A DNA stretch of 64,000 nt, taken from IMG/VR virus record IMGVR_UViG_3300044568_003939. One strand, written 5' to 3'. The first letter of the stretch is position 1, and each line of letters starts with the position of its first letter. This document shows positions 20,976-31,290 of the stretch, in pieces. The translations under genes and the position numbers were made by a program. This stretch comes from a virus. The notes beneath the pieces are model-generated. The model worked only from the letters and a program-made list of their open reading frames with translations, ran no database searches and was not told where the DNA came from.

Positions 20976-22693
20976 TTATTTTCCGTAAACTAAAATATAA
21001 AAATTTCCTTAGCGTAGGAGACAATGAAATTGAAATTGACCTTGACAGCATTCGCTCTACACTTATTGTAGGCCACAATGGCAGCGGCAAGAGTCTAATG
21101 CTGGATGCACTAAGCTTTGTCTTGTTTGGCAAACCGCATCGTAGTATCAACAAACCTCAACTTGTCAACAGCATCAATGGCAAAGGCTGCAAGGTTGAAG
21201 TTGAATTCAATATTGGGCCAAGTGAATATAAGATTGTGCGTGGTCTCAAACCCAACATATTTGAAATTTGGTTGAATGGCAATCTAGTAAATCAGGAAAG
21301 CCACAGCCGTGATTATCAAAAGCTACTTGAGACAAACATTCTCAAATTGAATCACAAAAGCTTCCATCAAGTTGTGGTATTGGGCAGCAGTAACTTTACA
21401 CCATTCATGCAGCTTAGTACGTATGCTCGACGTGAGGTTATTGAAGACTTGCTAGATATTGGTATCTTTAGCAAAATGAATGTTGTGCTTAAAGAAAATC
21501 AAGCGAAGCTAAAGGATACAATTAAAGATACTGAATATCAATACAATTTGACCAAAGAAAAGATTGTGCTGCAAAGCAAACACATTAGCAATCTTAAAAA
21601 CATCAACGCTAGCAATGCCGCTAAGTATGATGAAGAAATCACCGAATTGAGCAATCACATTGCAACATTAGTTGAAGCCAATGCTGCGCTTGCTGAAGAG
21701 TATGGCACAGAGTTTGGCAAGGCCAAAACCAAAAGCGAACGCGACCAGAAAACAAAAGCAAGTCTATTGTCTTATGAAAGACAAATTAAAGACAACATCA
21801 AAAAGATTGTATCAGAATCAAAGTTCTATGAGACCAATGCTGATTGCCCAACATGCAGTCAAGCTATTGATGAAGGCATGCGAGACCATAAGATTGGGCA
21901 ATGTAAAAGTAAAGCACACAAATTGAACGAAGGCTATGAACGGCTGCAGATTAGCTTGGACGAAACTGTTGCAGCTCTTGCACAAACCGAAAAGACACTG
22001 CAACATCTTAATAGCCTTAACAGCACCATTCACAGCAACCTTAAACTAATCAGCAACTTTGAGCAGCGTATATCTTCATTGCTTGCTGTTAAAAACGAGC
22101 AGCACAGTGATATTGATATTGATGGTGCAACAGCTGAACTTGATACTCTTAAAGATAGCCGTGATATTCTAGGCGATCATAAAAGCACACAACTTGAAGA
22201 GCGCACCTACAATGAAGTAATTGGCGAACTTCTTAAGGATACAGGCATCAAGACAAAGGTTATACGGCAATACTTGCCAGTTATGAACAAGCTCATTAAC
22301 CAATACCTACAAGTACTTGACTTCTTTGTGAGTTTTAATCTTGACGAAAGCTTTAATGAAACCATCCGCAGTCGCCATCGCGATGACTTTAGTTATGCTA
22401 GCTTTAGTGAAGGCGAAAAGAGCCGCATAAATTTAGCTATCTTATTTACATGGCGACAAATTGCAAAGATGCAAAATAGTTGCAATACCAATCTTCTTAT
22501 TCTTGATGAGGTATTTGATAGCAGCTTGGATCCAGACGGTATTGACAATCTATTGAAGATTATGAATACTCTTGACTCTGATACAACCGTATTTGTCATT
22601 AGCCACAAACAAGATTTGCTGGAAGGAAAGTTCGAACAGAAGATTGAGTTTGAAAAGCATAAAAACTTTACTCGCATAAAAAGCATTTCGTAA
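20972..22693 (+). CDS. 46: recombination ATPase gp46 (Rad50-like)
   Basis: GHNGSGKS, zinc hook CPTC, FSEGEK and ILDEVFD motifs. Confidence 0.96.
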   Translation: MIIFRKLKYKNFLSVGDNEIEIDLDSIRSTLIVGHNGSGKSLMLDALSFVLFGKPHRSINKPQLVNSINGKGCKVEVEFNIGPSEYKIVRGLKPNIFEIWLNGNLVNQESHSRDYQKLLETNILKLNHKSFHQVVVLGSSNFTPFMQLSTYARREVIEDLLDIGIFSKMNVVLKENQAKLKDTIKDTEYQYNLTKEKIVLQSKHISNLKNINASNAAKYDEEITELSNHIATLVEANAALAEEYGTEFGKAKTKSERDQKTKASLLSYERQIKDNIKKIVSESKFYETNADCPTCSQAIDEGMRDHKIGQCKSKAHKLNEGYERLQISLDETVAALAQTEKTLQHLNSLNSTIHSNLKLISNFEQRISSLLAVKNEQHSDIDIDGATAELDTLKDSRDILGDHKSTQLEERTYNEVIGELLKDTGIKTKVIRQYLPVMNKLINQYLQVLDFFVSFNLDESFNETIRSRHRDDFSYASFSEGEKSRINLAILFTWRQIAKMQNSCNTNLLILDEVFDSSLDPDGIDNLLKIMNTLDSDTTVFVISHKQDLLEGKFEQKIEFEKHKNFTRIKSIS

Positions 22694-22718
22694 CCTATTA
22701 CAAATCAAAAGGTTACAG

Positions 22719-22756
22719 TGCCCATTTTGCCCGTTTTAGAGCAAAATGGGCATTTC
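22719..22756 (+). terminator. terminator hairpin after gene 46
   Basis: TGCCCATTTTGC...GCAAAATGGGCA followed by TTT. Confidence 0.7.
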
Positions 22757-22817
22757 TGCATTTTAACGGTAGAATACCCATCCAACATGGTTAAAATGCC
22801 CAAAAAGCATGGTTTGC

Positions 22818-22916
22818 CGTAAAGTGTTGAAAATCAATGGTTTTGCTGTCACTGTAAAACTTTTTTCACATAATCAGCATTTTTCTATTTACAGATCGGA
22901 AAAAACCTGTTAGAAT
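22818..22916 (+). promoter_or_regulatory. promoter cassette copy (upstream motif + TTTACA-N17-TAGAAT)
   Basis: CGTAAAGTGTTGAAAATCAA at 22818-22837; -35 at 22888; -10 at 22911. Confidence 0.75.
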
Positions 22917-22922
22917 AACTGT

Positions 22923-25286
22923 ATGCAAGCCGCCACTGTAAATCGCGAATCTCAGAAAATGCTAGCAAAGCTGCTAGCGAAAGAAAACATTAATGTTCGT
23001 GTTGGAAATTACAGCACTGCATTTTTTGATGTCGAACGACGTGTATTGGGATTGCCCATGTGGAATGCTGACAATAAGCAAGTAAGTGACCTGCTGGTCG
23101 GCCATGAAGTTGGCCATGCGCTATATACTCCAGCTGATGCAATCGCCCGCTTTCATGAAGCACTCCCAGGAGTTCCATTTGATATTGGCAACATTGTAGA
23201 AGATGTTCGCATTGAGCGGCTTATTCAGAACAATTACCCAGGCCTTGTGTATAGCTTCAAAGAAGGATACCGACACTTTATTGAGAAAGACTTTTTCAAA
23301 ATTAACGGTACTGACTTGAGCACACTGGGTTTTGCGGACCGCTTAAACATCCGCGCTAAAATTGGCACTCAACTGCAAGTGCCAATGAATGACCTTGAAG
23401 AAGCAGTATATGCACGATGCCGCGCAGCAGAAACTTATGATGAAGTACTTGATATTTGCAAGACCGTATATGAAATGGTCAGCATCGAAAAGCGTGAGGA
23501 GGAGGAGGAGGAGGAGGCGGAAACTAAAACTCCAGACACCCCCGATGAAAATTCTCCAACCACTCCTCGCGGCAAGGAAAGCAAACAAAAAAGCGATGAC
23601 GCTGGTAAAGGTGAGAATGGCACCGACGGAGACCAATCAGATTCCGACAATGAAAAAGACGGCGGAACAGAAACTTATCGTGACAGCAAAGATGATGGCG
23701 GCAAAACCTCTGACAAGGCCGATTCAACCTCAGACAAAAAAGGCAAAAGCGATGAGAGAAAAGCAAACTCTAAAAAGAAAGACCGCAATGCCGAGGCTGA
23801 TAAAGATGGCGAAGGAGAAAGTGTGCCTGACAACATGCCGGGCTATGGCAATGCTCAAGATGAATTGACCAGCAAGACCATGCAATCATTTGGTGAGCAA
23901 CTGCATGACATGCAAGAGACTGTTACAGATTATCTTGTTGGCAATGCTCCTAATGCCGCGGAAATGATGAAGTGTGTAATTCCCGTTGAGGAAATTATGG
24001 CTGAACGCCATCGCTGCACCAGCTATGTGGCGCTTATGTCAGCCGCGGGTGTTCAAGAAGATTGGAAAGACTTTAAGTCTGCAACTAAAAAGCACATCAG
24101 CGTGTTGGTCAAAGAATTTGAACGTCGTAAAGCTGCATTCCAATATAGCCGAGCACAGCAAAGTACTACAGGTACAATTGACGTGAACCGCCTGCATGCC
24201 TATAAGTTTGAAGATCAAATCTTCTGTAGCATTACCAAACTGGCCGATGCTAAAAACCATGGCATGGTGTTTTTCATCGACTATTCTGGAAGCATGTCCA
24301 ATACTATTGGACGCGTGATTGTTCAGACTCTGCAACTGGTGTACTTCTGCAAAGCAGTAGGTATTCCGTTTGAAGTTTACGGCTTCACCAGCCCAGTCAA
24401 TTATAAGCATGAGACAGATCCTAATCTTAAGTTTGGCAGCAATATTGCATTTCGCTATACTCACATTTTTGAATTGGTCAACAGCACCATGAAGCGTGAC
24501 AAGTTTGAATTGGCATGCAAAGAACTTAAAGCTCAGGCTTATTTGCATGCCGACAGCCATGGTGGAAACGGCAGTATGCCTTTCAGCAATAACAAGTATG
24601 AGGTAATGAATGGCACTCCCCTAAACGAGACAATTGTTGTTGCACATGAAATTGTGAAACGCTTTAAGGCACGCCATCATGTACAAAAGATGAATACCAT
24701 TTTCCTTACTGATGGCGATGCATGCCAAGCTCACTTTGACTACAACAATGCCGATGAGACATACCGTAAAGCTTCTACCGTTCCGGAATGGAAATGCGGT
24801 AACATGATTCCAGTAAACGGCCGCAACATTATGTTCCGCAGCTATGATAAAGGATTGTATGCCGCTCTGATTGAAAATCTCAGAATAACCTGTGGAACCA
24901 CCGTGATTGGATTTTTTGTTGCCAATTACCGCAGCGACTACAAAAGCACTGCAATCACTGCATTGCGCTATACCGCAAAGAAAGATGGCGAGATCTTGCC
25001 ATGGCGCAGCGCCAATGAATTGTTCCAAAAGAAAAGTCGTGAAGCACGCAAAGAAAAGTGCATGATGATTTTAGGCGGATATAACTATGATGCATATTTT
25101 GTTTTTGATAGTAAAAACGGATTGGACATTAACGATGATGACGAGGAATTTGTCAGCAGTGTTGTTAGTGAAAGCTTCTCTGATGCATCTTCTCAGAACC
25201 GCCTTGCTAAGCAATTCACCAAATTCACCAGCGAGAAGAAGCTGTCCCGCGTATTCCTCAACAAGTTTGCAGAGATTATTGCCTAA
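22923..25286 (+). CDS. metallopeptidase-like / vWA (CobT-like) protein
   Basis: N-terminal HEVGH, acidic linker, MIDAS DYSGSM, GTPLNE and FLTDG; neighbours a CobS-like ATPase. Confidence 0.8.
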   Translation: MQAATVNRESQKMLAKLLAKENINVRVGNYSTAFFDVERRVLGLPMWNADNKQVSDLLVGHEVGHALYTPADAIARFHEALPGVPFDIGNIVEDVRIERLIQNNYPGLVYSFKEGYRHFIEKDFFKINGTDLSTLGFADRLNIRAKIGTQLQVPMNDLEEAVYARCRAAETYDEVLDICKTVYEMVSIEKREEEEEEEAETKTPDTPDENSPTTPRGKESKQKSDDAGKGENGTDGDQSDSDNEKDGGTETYRDSKDDGGKTSDKADSTSDKKGKSDERKANSKKKDRNAEADKDGEGESVPDNMPGYGNAQDELTSKTMQSFGEQLHDMQETVTDYLVGNAPNAAEMMKCVIPVEEIMAERHRCTSYVALMSAAGVQEDWKDFKSATKKHISVLVKEFERRKAAFQYSRAQQSTTGTIDVNRLHAYKFEDQIFCSITKLADAKNHGMVFFIDYSGSMSNTIGRVIVQTLQLVYFCKAVGIPFEVYGFTSPVNYKHETDPNLKFGSNIAFRYTHIFELVNSTMKRDKFELACKELKAQAYLHADSHGGNGSMPFSNNKYEVMNGTPLNETIVVAHEIVKRFKARHHVQKMNTIFLTDGDACQAHFDYNNADETYRKASTVPEWKCGNMIPVNGRNIMFRSYDKGLYAALIENLRITCGTTVIGFFVANYRSDYKSTAITALRYTAKKDGEILPWRSANELFQKKSREARKEKCMMILGGYNYDAYFVFDSKNGLDINDDDEEFVSSVVSESFSDASSQNRLAKQFTKFTSEKKLSRVFLNKFAEIIA

Positions 25287-25290
25287 TTCA

Positions 25291-25402
25291 CGTAACTGGT
25301 TGACTGTCAATGGTAAGAAAAAACTGAAAAAATTCTTCATTTTGTCCTTTACAAGTCACAAAATCTAGTGTATAATAATTCTGTAAGGCAAACCACTACA
25401 TT
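25291..25402 (+). promoter_or_regulatory. promoter cassette copy
   Basis: CGTAACTGGTTGACTGTCAA; TTTACA 25348; TATAAT 25371; leader GTAAGGCAAACCACTACATT. Confidence 0.85.
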
Positions 25403-25594
25403 ATGATTACTCTCACTCCAAAATACACCAAGCATTCTAGCTACCTCGGCGTCCAAATCTACAAACGCAATGCCAACACCGGCACAAGCGGTGGGGCTTG
25501 GTTGGCCGTCTCTACTACATTTAAATCTCTTTCACAGGTTAAAGCTTATTTGGAATATCTTCAGAACAGTGGAAATCTTATTAACCGCATTTAG
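25403..25594 (+). CDS. small early hypothetical protein
   Basis: First ORF behind a cassette promoter. Confidence 0.65.
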   Translation: MITLTPKYTKHSSYLGVQIYKRNANTGTSGGAWLAVSTTFKSLSQVKAYLEYLQNSGNLINRI

Positions 25595-25597
25595 TCC

Positions 25598-25626
25598 TTT
25601 ACAAGTCTAAGAATTTAGTTTATAAT
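25598..25626 (+). promoter_or_regulatory. sigma70-type promoter
   Basis: TTTACA-N17-TATAAT. Confidence 0.8.
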
Positions 25627-25656
25627 AATCTCGTACCAATTGACAACCACTACATT

Positions 25657-26865
25657 ATGAATACACAAACCAAGATCCAAAACACTCTCAACGCGCTGTT
25701 CGGCGCAGGCCCGATCACGGAAGTAAGCAGCGCTCAGCTGTATAAAGTCGGCCGTGAGCAGGGGCTGACTTACAAGCAAGTCAAAGACAATATGATGTGC
25801 GATAAGTACAAGAGTACCGTCAAGCGCGGCTTGTATAACCTTACTGTGTTGGCCTCCAAACCAACCGATGCCATGTGTGAGCCTGCTACGCCAGCCGCTC
25901 CAGCAGCAGCTGCTCCAGTGTTCAATCTGACTACTCCTAAGCCTCAGCCTCAGCCAAAGCTGACCAGCATCAGCAATGACGACATTTACATTCCTTCTGT
26001 CGACCATACCTTTGTGCAATGGGGTGAATATAAGACTGTCAAGAAGGTGATTGAGAGCGGCATGTTTTTCCCACTATACATCAGTGGCATGAGCGGCAAC
26101 GGCAAAACCATGATGGTCGAACAAGCCTGCGCCAAGCTTAAGAAGGAATACATCCGCGTGCAAATCAGCCCAGAGACTGACGAAGACGATCTTATTGGCG
26201 GCTTCCGCTTGATCAACGGCGAAACGGTTTTCCATAAAGGACCAGTTATCAAGGCAATGGAACGAGGCTGCATTTTGATGATTGACGAACTCGACCGTGG
26301 CAGCAACAAGATTATGTGCCTGCAAGGCGTTCTTGAAGGCAAGCCTGTTCTTGTTAAAAAGATTGGCCAAATCATTCATCCAGCCGCAGGTTTCAACGTG
26401 ATTGCAACTGCCAATACCAAAGGCCGCGGCAGTGAAGACGGCCGCTATAGCGCTGCCAATGTGATTGATGAAGCGTTCATTGAACGCTTCGTGGCAACCA
26501 TTGATCAGCCTTATCCTGCATTCAAGATTGAGCGCAACATTGTTGCCAAACACATGGAAGCGCTTGACGTTGCAGACGAAGAATTTGTTGACAAGCTTGT
26601 AAGCTGGAGTGCGGTTATCCGCAAAACCTACGCTGACGAAGGCGTTGACGAACTTATCAGTACTCGCCGTCTGTGCCACATTGTCAAGGCATACAGCATC
26701 TTCCGCAACCGCCTTGAGGCCATCAGTCTTTGCATTGCTCGCTTTGAAAACGAAACGCGTGAAGCATTCCTCGATCTTTACACTAAGATTGACAGCAATC
26801 AAATCACTGCTCCAGCTGAGCCGCTTACTGCATCCGCTGTCGCTGCAGAAAAAGTTCCTTTCTAA
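25657..26865 (+). CDS. CobS/MoxR-like AAA+ ATPase with an extra N-terminal domain
   Basis: GMSGNGKT, LMIDELD, ATANTKGRG and ISTRRL motifs. Confidence 0.88.
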   Translation: MNTQTKIQNTLNALFGAGPITEVSSAQLYKVGREQGLTYKQVKDNMMCDKYKSTVKRGLYNLTVLASKPTDAMCEPATPAAPAAAAPVFNLTTPKPQPQPKLTSISNDDIYIPSVDHTFVQWGEYKTVKKVIESGMFFPLYISGMSGNGKTMMVEQACAKLKKEYIRVQISPETDEDDLIGGFRLINGETVFHKGPVIKAMERGCILMIDELDRGSNKIMCLQGVLEGKPVLVKKIGQIIHPAAGFNVIATANTKGRGSEDGRYSAANVIDEAFIERFVATIDQPYPAFKIERNIVAKHMEALDVADEEFVDKLVSWSAVIRKTYADEGVDELISTRRLCHIVKAYSIFRNRLEAISLCIARFENETREAFLDLYTKIDSNQITAPAEPLTASAVAAEKVPF

Positions 26866-26935
26866 ATTTTAGCAATGGTCTTACGCTAAACCAAGTAAAC
26901 ATTAGACCAAACCAAAACACAAACACAAACAAAAT

Positions 26936-27190
26936 ATGACTAAGAAAGAGATCCAACAATTCGCCCGCATTGCAACCCGCATGACTCAAAAGGAGGCTAT
27001 CTATGCGGTCCTTGAAGCAGGTCATGAGTTTACCGTTGCAGACGCACGTGCTGCCGGTATTGCTGACCCTGCTCGCGTTGTCAATCAATTGCGCGAATTG
27101 GGTTATCCAGTTTACCTCAACCCACGTAAGACTCGCACTGGCGAACTCGTTAAGCGCTATCGCTTGGGTACCGCACGTAAGAACGGCTAA
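26936..27190 (+). CDS. small winged-HTH-like DNA-binding protein
   Basis: FTVADARAAGIADPARVVNQLRELGY...YRLG; basic. Confidence 0.6.
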   Translation: MTKKEIQQFARIATRMTQKEAIYAVLEAGHEFTVADARAAGIADPARVVNQLRELGYPVYLNPRKTRTGELVKRYRLGTARKNG

Positions 27191-27198
27191 TTGCTAAT

Positions 27199-27235
27199 AT
27201 GCAGGGGTATGGTGTTTCGCTATACCCCTGCATTT
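27199..27235 (+). terminator. terminator hairpin
   Basis: ATGCAGGGGTAT...ATACCCCTGCAT followed by TT. Confidence 0.7.
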
Positions 27236-27244
27236 ACTTCTTTT

Positions 27245-27568
27245 ATGATATCACACTCTTTCTCAAATCCCGTCCCAGTTGGTGTCAAATATGATGGCGA
27301 TAAGCCTGATTATGGTTTGATTCCACCGCATGCATTGGAAGAAGCTGTCATGGTTCTTACCTTTGGTGCAGCCAAGTATTCGGTAGACAACTGGAAGCTT
27401 CTGCATGATGCAAAGAATCGTTACTTTGCAGCTGCACAGCGACACATGTGGGCACTAAAGAAAGATGAAACATATGATCGTGAAAGCGGATTGCATCACG
27501 CCGCACATGCGGTTTGCTGCATGCTATTCTACTATGAATTGGACTTCATCTCTAAAGAAAAACAATAA
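27245..27568 (+). CDS. dATP/dGTP diphosphohydrolase-family protein (DUF5664-like)
   Basis: GVKYDGDKP..LIP, FGAAKY..DNW, AAQRH and DRESGLHHAAHAVC motifs. Confidence 0.8.
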   Translation: MISHSFSNPVPVGVKYDGDKPDYGLIPPHALEEAVMVLTFGAAKYSVDNWKLLHDAKNRYFAAAQRHMWALKKDETYDRESGLHHAAHAVCCMLFYYELDFISKEKQ

Positions 27569-27609
27569 AAAGATTTGCATTTTAAACATAACCGTATATA
27601 ATTAACTAT

Positions 27610-28284
27610 ATGACAAAACTATCTACACAAACCCTCGAGATTCTAAAAAACTTCGCATCAATCAACAGTAACCTGATTGTCAAAAGCGGAGAAGCACTCT
27701 CAACCATTTCAGAAGCTAAAAACATTATGGCTAGCGCTGAAATTACTGAACTGTTTGAAACCACATTTGGTATCTATGATCTTAATGAATTCATTAGTAT
27801 GTTTTCATTGATGAGTGATCCTGACCTTGATTTCACAGCAGACAGTGTTGTGTTCAAGAGTGGCCGCACCAAAGCAAGTTATCGCTTTGCGGATCAAAGC
27901 ATTCTGACCACTCCCAAAAGTAAAATCACTATGCCTTCAGCAGATGTGATTGTAAATATTGATAGCGACCTGCTTGGACAGATTCGTAAAGCTGCAGGCG
28001 TCCTTGGTCATACCATCGTAAGCATTGGCGGAGAAGCTGGAGTTATTACACTTAGCGTAATTGATCCAAAGAACAGTACGGCCAACAGCTTTACGGTTGT
28101 TCTTGATGACGCTAACGACAATAAAAATAACTTTGATCTTCAATTCCTTATTGCCAATCTTAAAGTAATCCCAGGCGATTATGAAGTTAAGATTAGCAGC
28201 AAGCTGATCAGTCATTGGATCAACAACGCTGCGCCAATCAATTACTACATTGCTCTTGAAAAGACAAGCAGCTATAACGCATAA
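27610..28284 (+). CDS. 45: sliding clamp gp45
   Basis: LKNFASIN, FGIYDLNEF and YYIALE motifs. Confidence 0.95.
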   Translation: MTKLSTQTLEILKNFASINSNLIVKSGEALSTISEAKNIMASAEITELFETTFGIYDLNEFISMFSLMSDPDLDFTADSVVFKSGRTKASYRFADQSILTTPKSKITMPSADVIVNIDSDLLGQIRKAAGVLGHTIVSIGGEAGVITLSVIDPKNSTANSFTVVLDDANDNKNNFDLQFLIANLKVIPGDYEVKISSKLISHWINNAAPINYYIALEKTSSYNA

Positions 28285-28292
28285 ACAATCCT

Positions 28293-28583
28293 ATGAGTAA
28301 CGAAAACGAACAAACACAAACTGAAGCCGCACCGCAACAAATTACTATTGATGACATTGCACTTATTGTCAATATCATTGCTACCGTATCACGCCGTGGT
28401 GCATTTGAAGCCGCTGAATTTACCGTCGTTGGCGGTTTATTTGAAAAGCTTAAGGGATTCCTTCCTGAGGCCGCTCCCGAAGAAACCAATGCTGCAGAGA
28501 CTACCAATACTAGTGCTGTCGCAGAGATTCCAGAAAATCAATTGAACTTTGATTTTGCTGGTGCAGCCGCTAACAAAGACTAA
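28293..28583 (+). CDS. hypothetical protein
   Basis: ORF containing SRRGAFEAAE; coding-like composition. Confidence 0.65.
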   Translation: MSNENEQTQTEAAPQQITIDDIALIVNIIATVSRRGAFEAAEFTVVGGLFEKLKGFLPEAAPEETNAAETTNTSAVAEIPENQLNFDFAGAAANKD

Positions 28584-28584
28584 T

Positions 28585-28914
28585 ATGAATAAAGACAGAC
28601 TTGACGGGACTGCAAAGGGTGGATGCCTTTTTGAGTTGTTCACGCTTCCTGGCAGAATTATTCTTTGGATTCAATATATGAATCCATCGTCTAAGGGAGG
28701 CCAATGGACAATGGTTGCACAAACCAAACGTCGCGCTAGCAGTCCCGTCATGACTGTTCTATATTCACTTGCTTTTTGGGCAGTGGTTAGCTTTTGTGTG
28801 TATGGATATTTTACCGATACTCCACAAACGATAACTCCTGCCGCACCAGTCATCGAAAGCATACAAGACCATGTACGGTCAAACCCCAACACCGACACAC
28901 CAGAATATGATTGA
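28585..28914 (+). CDS. hypothetical membrane protein
   Basis: Hydrophobic segment VLYSLAFWAVVSFCVYGYF. Confidence 0.55.
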   Translation: MNKDRLDGTAKGGCLFELFTLPGRIILWIQYMNPSSKGGQWTMVAQTKRRASSPVMTVLYSLAFWAVVSFCVYGYFTDTPQTITPAAPVIESIQDHVRSNPNTDTPEYD

Positions 28915-29161
28915 TATTGAAGACGAACAACAAAAGCTTGACATGCTTAATGTCATTAAAGAGATTGGTATCGAATTGTCCAAGATGGACGACAGCCGTG
29001 ATCAGATTAAAGAAATCATCGGTGCAGCCGCCGAAGCATTTGATATTGGTAAACCGCTAATTCGTAAAGTTGCGCGACTATACCATAAGAAGAATGTTGC
29101 TGATTTTGAAAATGAGACTAGCGATATTAAAAACCTTTACAAAGCAATCACAGTAGTATAA
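28907..29161 (+). CDS. T4 DsbA-like dsDNA-binding protein
   Basis: IKEI...IRKVARLYHK...LY pattern. Confidence 0.65.
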   Translation: MIDIEDEQQKLDMLNVIKEIGIELSKMDDSRDQIKEIIGAAAEAFDIGKPLIRKVARLYHKKNVADFENETSDIKNLYKAITVV

Positions 29162-29204
29162 AATACTGTTGCAACTAAAATACACACCAGAACTAAACTA
29201 TATT

Positions 29205-30149
29205 ATGAACAACTCTGAATTCTTATGGGTAGAGCGCTATCGCCCACAAACCATTGACGAATGTATCCTTCCACCCGAATTAAAGAAAACCTTTAATGAT
29301 ATTGTGAAGGGTGGACAGTTGCCCAACCTACTCCTCGCTGGCACGGCTGGCTTGGGTAAAACTACAGTCGCCAAAGCATTGTGTAACCAGCTTGATCTTG
29401 ATTACATCATGATCAACGGCAGTGAGGAAAGCGGCATTGATGTGCTGCGCAATAAGATCAAACAATTTGCAAGTACTGTATCATTGACTGGTGGATATAA
29501 AGTAGTTATTCTCGATGAGGCTGACTATCTTAATCCAACAAGTACAATGCCAGCACTTCGCGGATTCATCGAGGAGTTTAGTAATAATTGCCGATTTATT
29601 CTTACGTGTAATTTCAAGAATCGAATCATTGAGCCGCTTCATAGTCGATGCAGTGTGGTTGAATTTAATACCACAAAGAAGCAACTAGCTGGTCTGGCTG
29701 GTGACTTCATGAAGCGGCTTAGTGCTATTCTCAAAGCCGAAGGCGTTGCCTTTCAAGACAAAACCATCGCCGAACTGATTATTCGTTATGCTCCAGATTG
29801 GCGTCGAGTGCTAAATGAGTGTCAGCGATATAGCACAGGCGGCGAGATTCCCACGGCTATCCTTGTAGGAATGAGCGATCAAAACATCGCTGAACTTACA
29901 ACACACCTGCGCACTAAGGATTTTAAAAGCATGCGCAGCTGGGTTGTGAACAACAGTAGCCTTGATAGCAGCGTTGTGTTTCGCAAGATTTATGACAGCT
30001 TGTATGATACTGCATCACCCAACAGCATTCCAAGTGCTGTACTTATTCTTGCAGACTATAGTTATAAGGCATGTTTTGTAAGTGACAGAGAACTTAACAT
30101 GGTAGCATGTATGACCGAACTGATGAGTAACGTTGAATGGACAAAGTAA
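29205..30149 (+). CDS. 44: clamp loader large subunit gp44
   Basis: LWVERYRP, GTAGLGKT, ILDEAD and PLHSRC motifs. Confidence 0.96.
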   Translation: MNNSEFLWVERYRPQTIDECILPPELKKTFNDIVKGGQLPNLLLAGTAGLGKTTVAKALCNQLDLDYIMINGSEESGIDVLRNKIKQFASTVSLTGGYKVVILDEADYLNPTSTMPALRGFIEEFSNNCRFILTCNFKNRIIEPLHSRCSVVEFNTTKKQLAGLAGDFMKRLSAILKAEGVAFQDKTIAELIIRYAPDWRRVLNECQRYSTGGEIPTAILVGMSDQNIAELTTHLRTKDFKSMRSWVVNNSSLDSSVVFRKIYDSLYDTASPNSIPSAVLILADYSYKACFVSDRELNMVACMTELMSNVEWTK

Positions 30150-30150
30150 T

Positions 30151-30621
30151 ATGGCAGCCAAGAAAAAAGAAACAGCTGAGGCCGCAGCTCCTAAGAAATT
30201 GTCATTTTTTGATTTTCTCAATAGTATCAACGAAGGCACAAATGGTAAAAGTTTATTGACCGAATGTAAAGCTGATAATAGCGAAGGCGCGGCCGATCCA
30301 TCTAGTGCGGATCGTGCATACCTACCTTTCATGGTAAATCGTGGGCTCTCATATTTTAATGATACTGTGCTGCTCGCCAATGAAATGAATCGTTATGCTG
30401 CTTTGCCAGTCAAAATGCAATATGACTTTCTCAAGAATACTGTTCGCGCAAAGAAACGCTTTAGCAAATGGAGCAAAAAGATGGATGATGGCGCAGATGT
30501 GCAAATGCTGATGGATCATTATTGTTATAGTGCAGAAAAAGCGCGTGAGGCTTTACCTTTGCTAAGTGAGTCTGCATTATCAGCTATTCGCGCTAGCCGA
30601 GATCGTGGCGGTCGTAAGTAA
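30151..30621 (+). CDS. 62: clamp loader small subunit gp62
   Basis: FDFLNSIN, YLPFMVNRGLSY and KRFSKW motifs. Confidence 0.92.
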   Translation: MAAKKKETAEAAAPKKLSFFDFLNSINEGTNGKSLLTECKADNSEGAADPSSADRAYLPFMVNRGLSYFNDTVLLANEMNRYAALPVKMQYDFLKNTVRAKKRFSKWSKKMDDGADVQMLMDHYCYSAEKAREALPLLSESALSAIRASRDRGGRK

Positions 30622-30639
30622 TATAAATAAACTATTGCT

Positions 30640-31068
30640 ATGTATGACAATTCACAAAATGTTATTGAGTGGGCTCCAACCGATATGGTTGAAGTGTATT
30701 TGAATGAGCCTGATGATTTCTTAAAAGTAAAGGAAACGCTAAGTCGTATTGGCGTAAGTTCCAAAAGAGATTTAAATGTGCTATACCAAAGCTGTCATAT
30801 CCTACACAAGCAAGGCCGTTACTTTATTGTTCACTTTAAAGAACTCTTTATGCTTGATGGTAAACCGTCAAACTTTACACATGATGACTATTGCCGTCGC
30901 AATACTATCATTACGCTATTGAGTGATTGGGGACTGGTGCGAGTAGCTAATGCTGAAAGTATCAAAGAAATTACTTCGCTTAAACAAATTAAAATTATAT
31001 CTCACTCTGTTAAGAGTCAATGGGATCTTCGCTCAAAATATAGCATTGGTAATATCAAAAAGAAATGA
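30640..31068 (+). CDS. regA: translational repressor RegA
   Basis: DDFLKVKETLSRIGV and LYQSCHILHKQGRYFIVHFKELF motifs. Confidence 0.97.
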   Translation: MYDNSQNVIEWAPTDMVEVYLNEPDDFLKVKETLSRIGVSSKRDLNVLYQSCHILHKQGRYFIVHFKELFMLDGKPSNFTHDDYCRRNTIITLLSDWGLVRVANAESIKEITSLKQIKIISHSVKSQWDLRSKYSIGNIKKK

Positions 31069-31265
31069 TTAAATTATTTTTTTTACTAGTATGCATCGGT
31101 ATGCTAAGCAGCTGTTATGTTTCTCCACCAGTTGGAATATGTGTTCAGCCAGTGCTATACATTCCAACATATAACTATAGGTGTATACCATCATATCGCT
31201 ATCGCTATGACCGACCATTTTATGATTACCATTGTAACCCTTATTGCTATAGAAATTGGCCTTAA
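31065..31265 (+). CDS. small putative lipoprotein
   Basis: Signal peptide ending in LSSC. Confidence 0.4.
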   Translation: MIKLFFLLVCIGMLSSCYVSPPVGICVQPVLYIPTYNYRCIPSYRYRYDRPFYDYHCNPYCYRNWP

Positions 31266-31290
31266 TATAAATATAGTATAACATAAAAAT

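Noticed and set aside
23496-23516. (GAG)7 microsatellite as a phase-variation switch
   Set aside because: A triplet repeat encoding poly-Glu in a disordered linker; slippage would keep the frame.
27245-27568. Z-genome (2-aminoadenine) or deazaguanine system
   Set aside because: No purZ, datZ, dpdA or que genes in the window; DUF5664 alone is insufficient.
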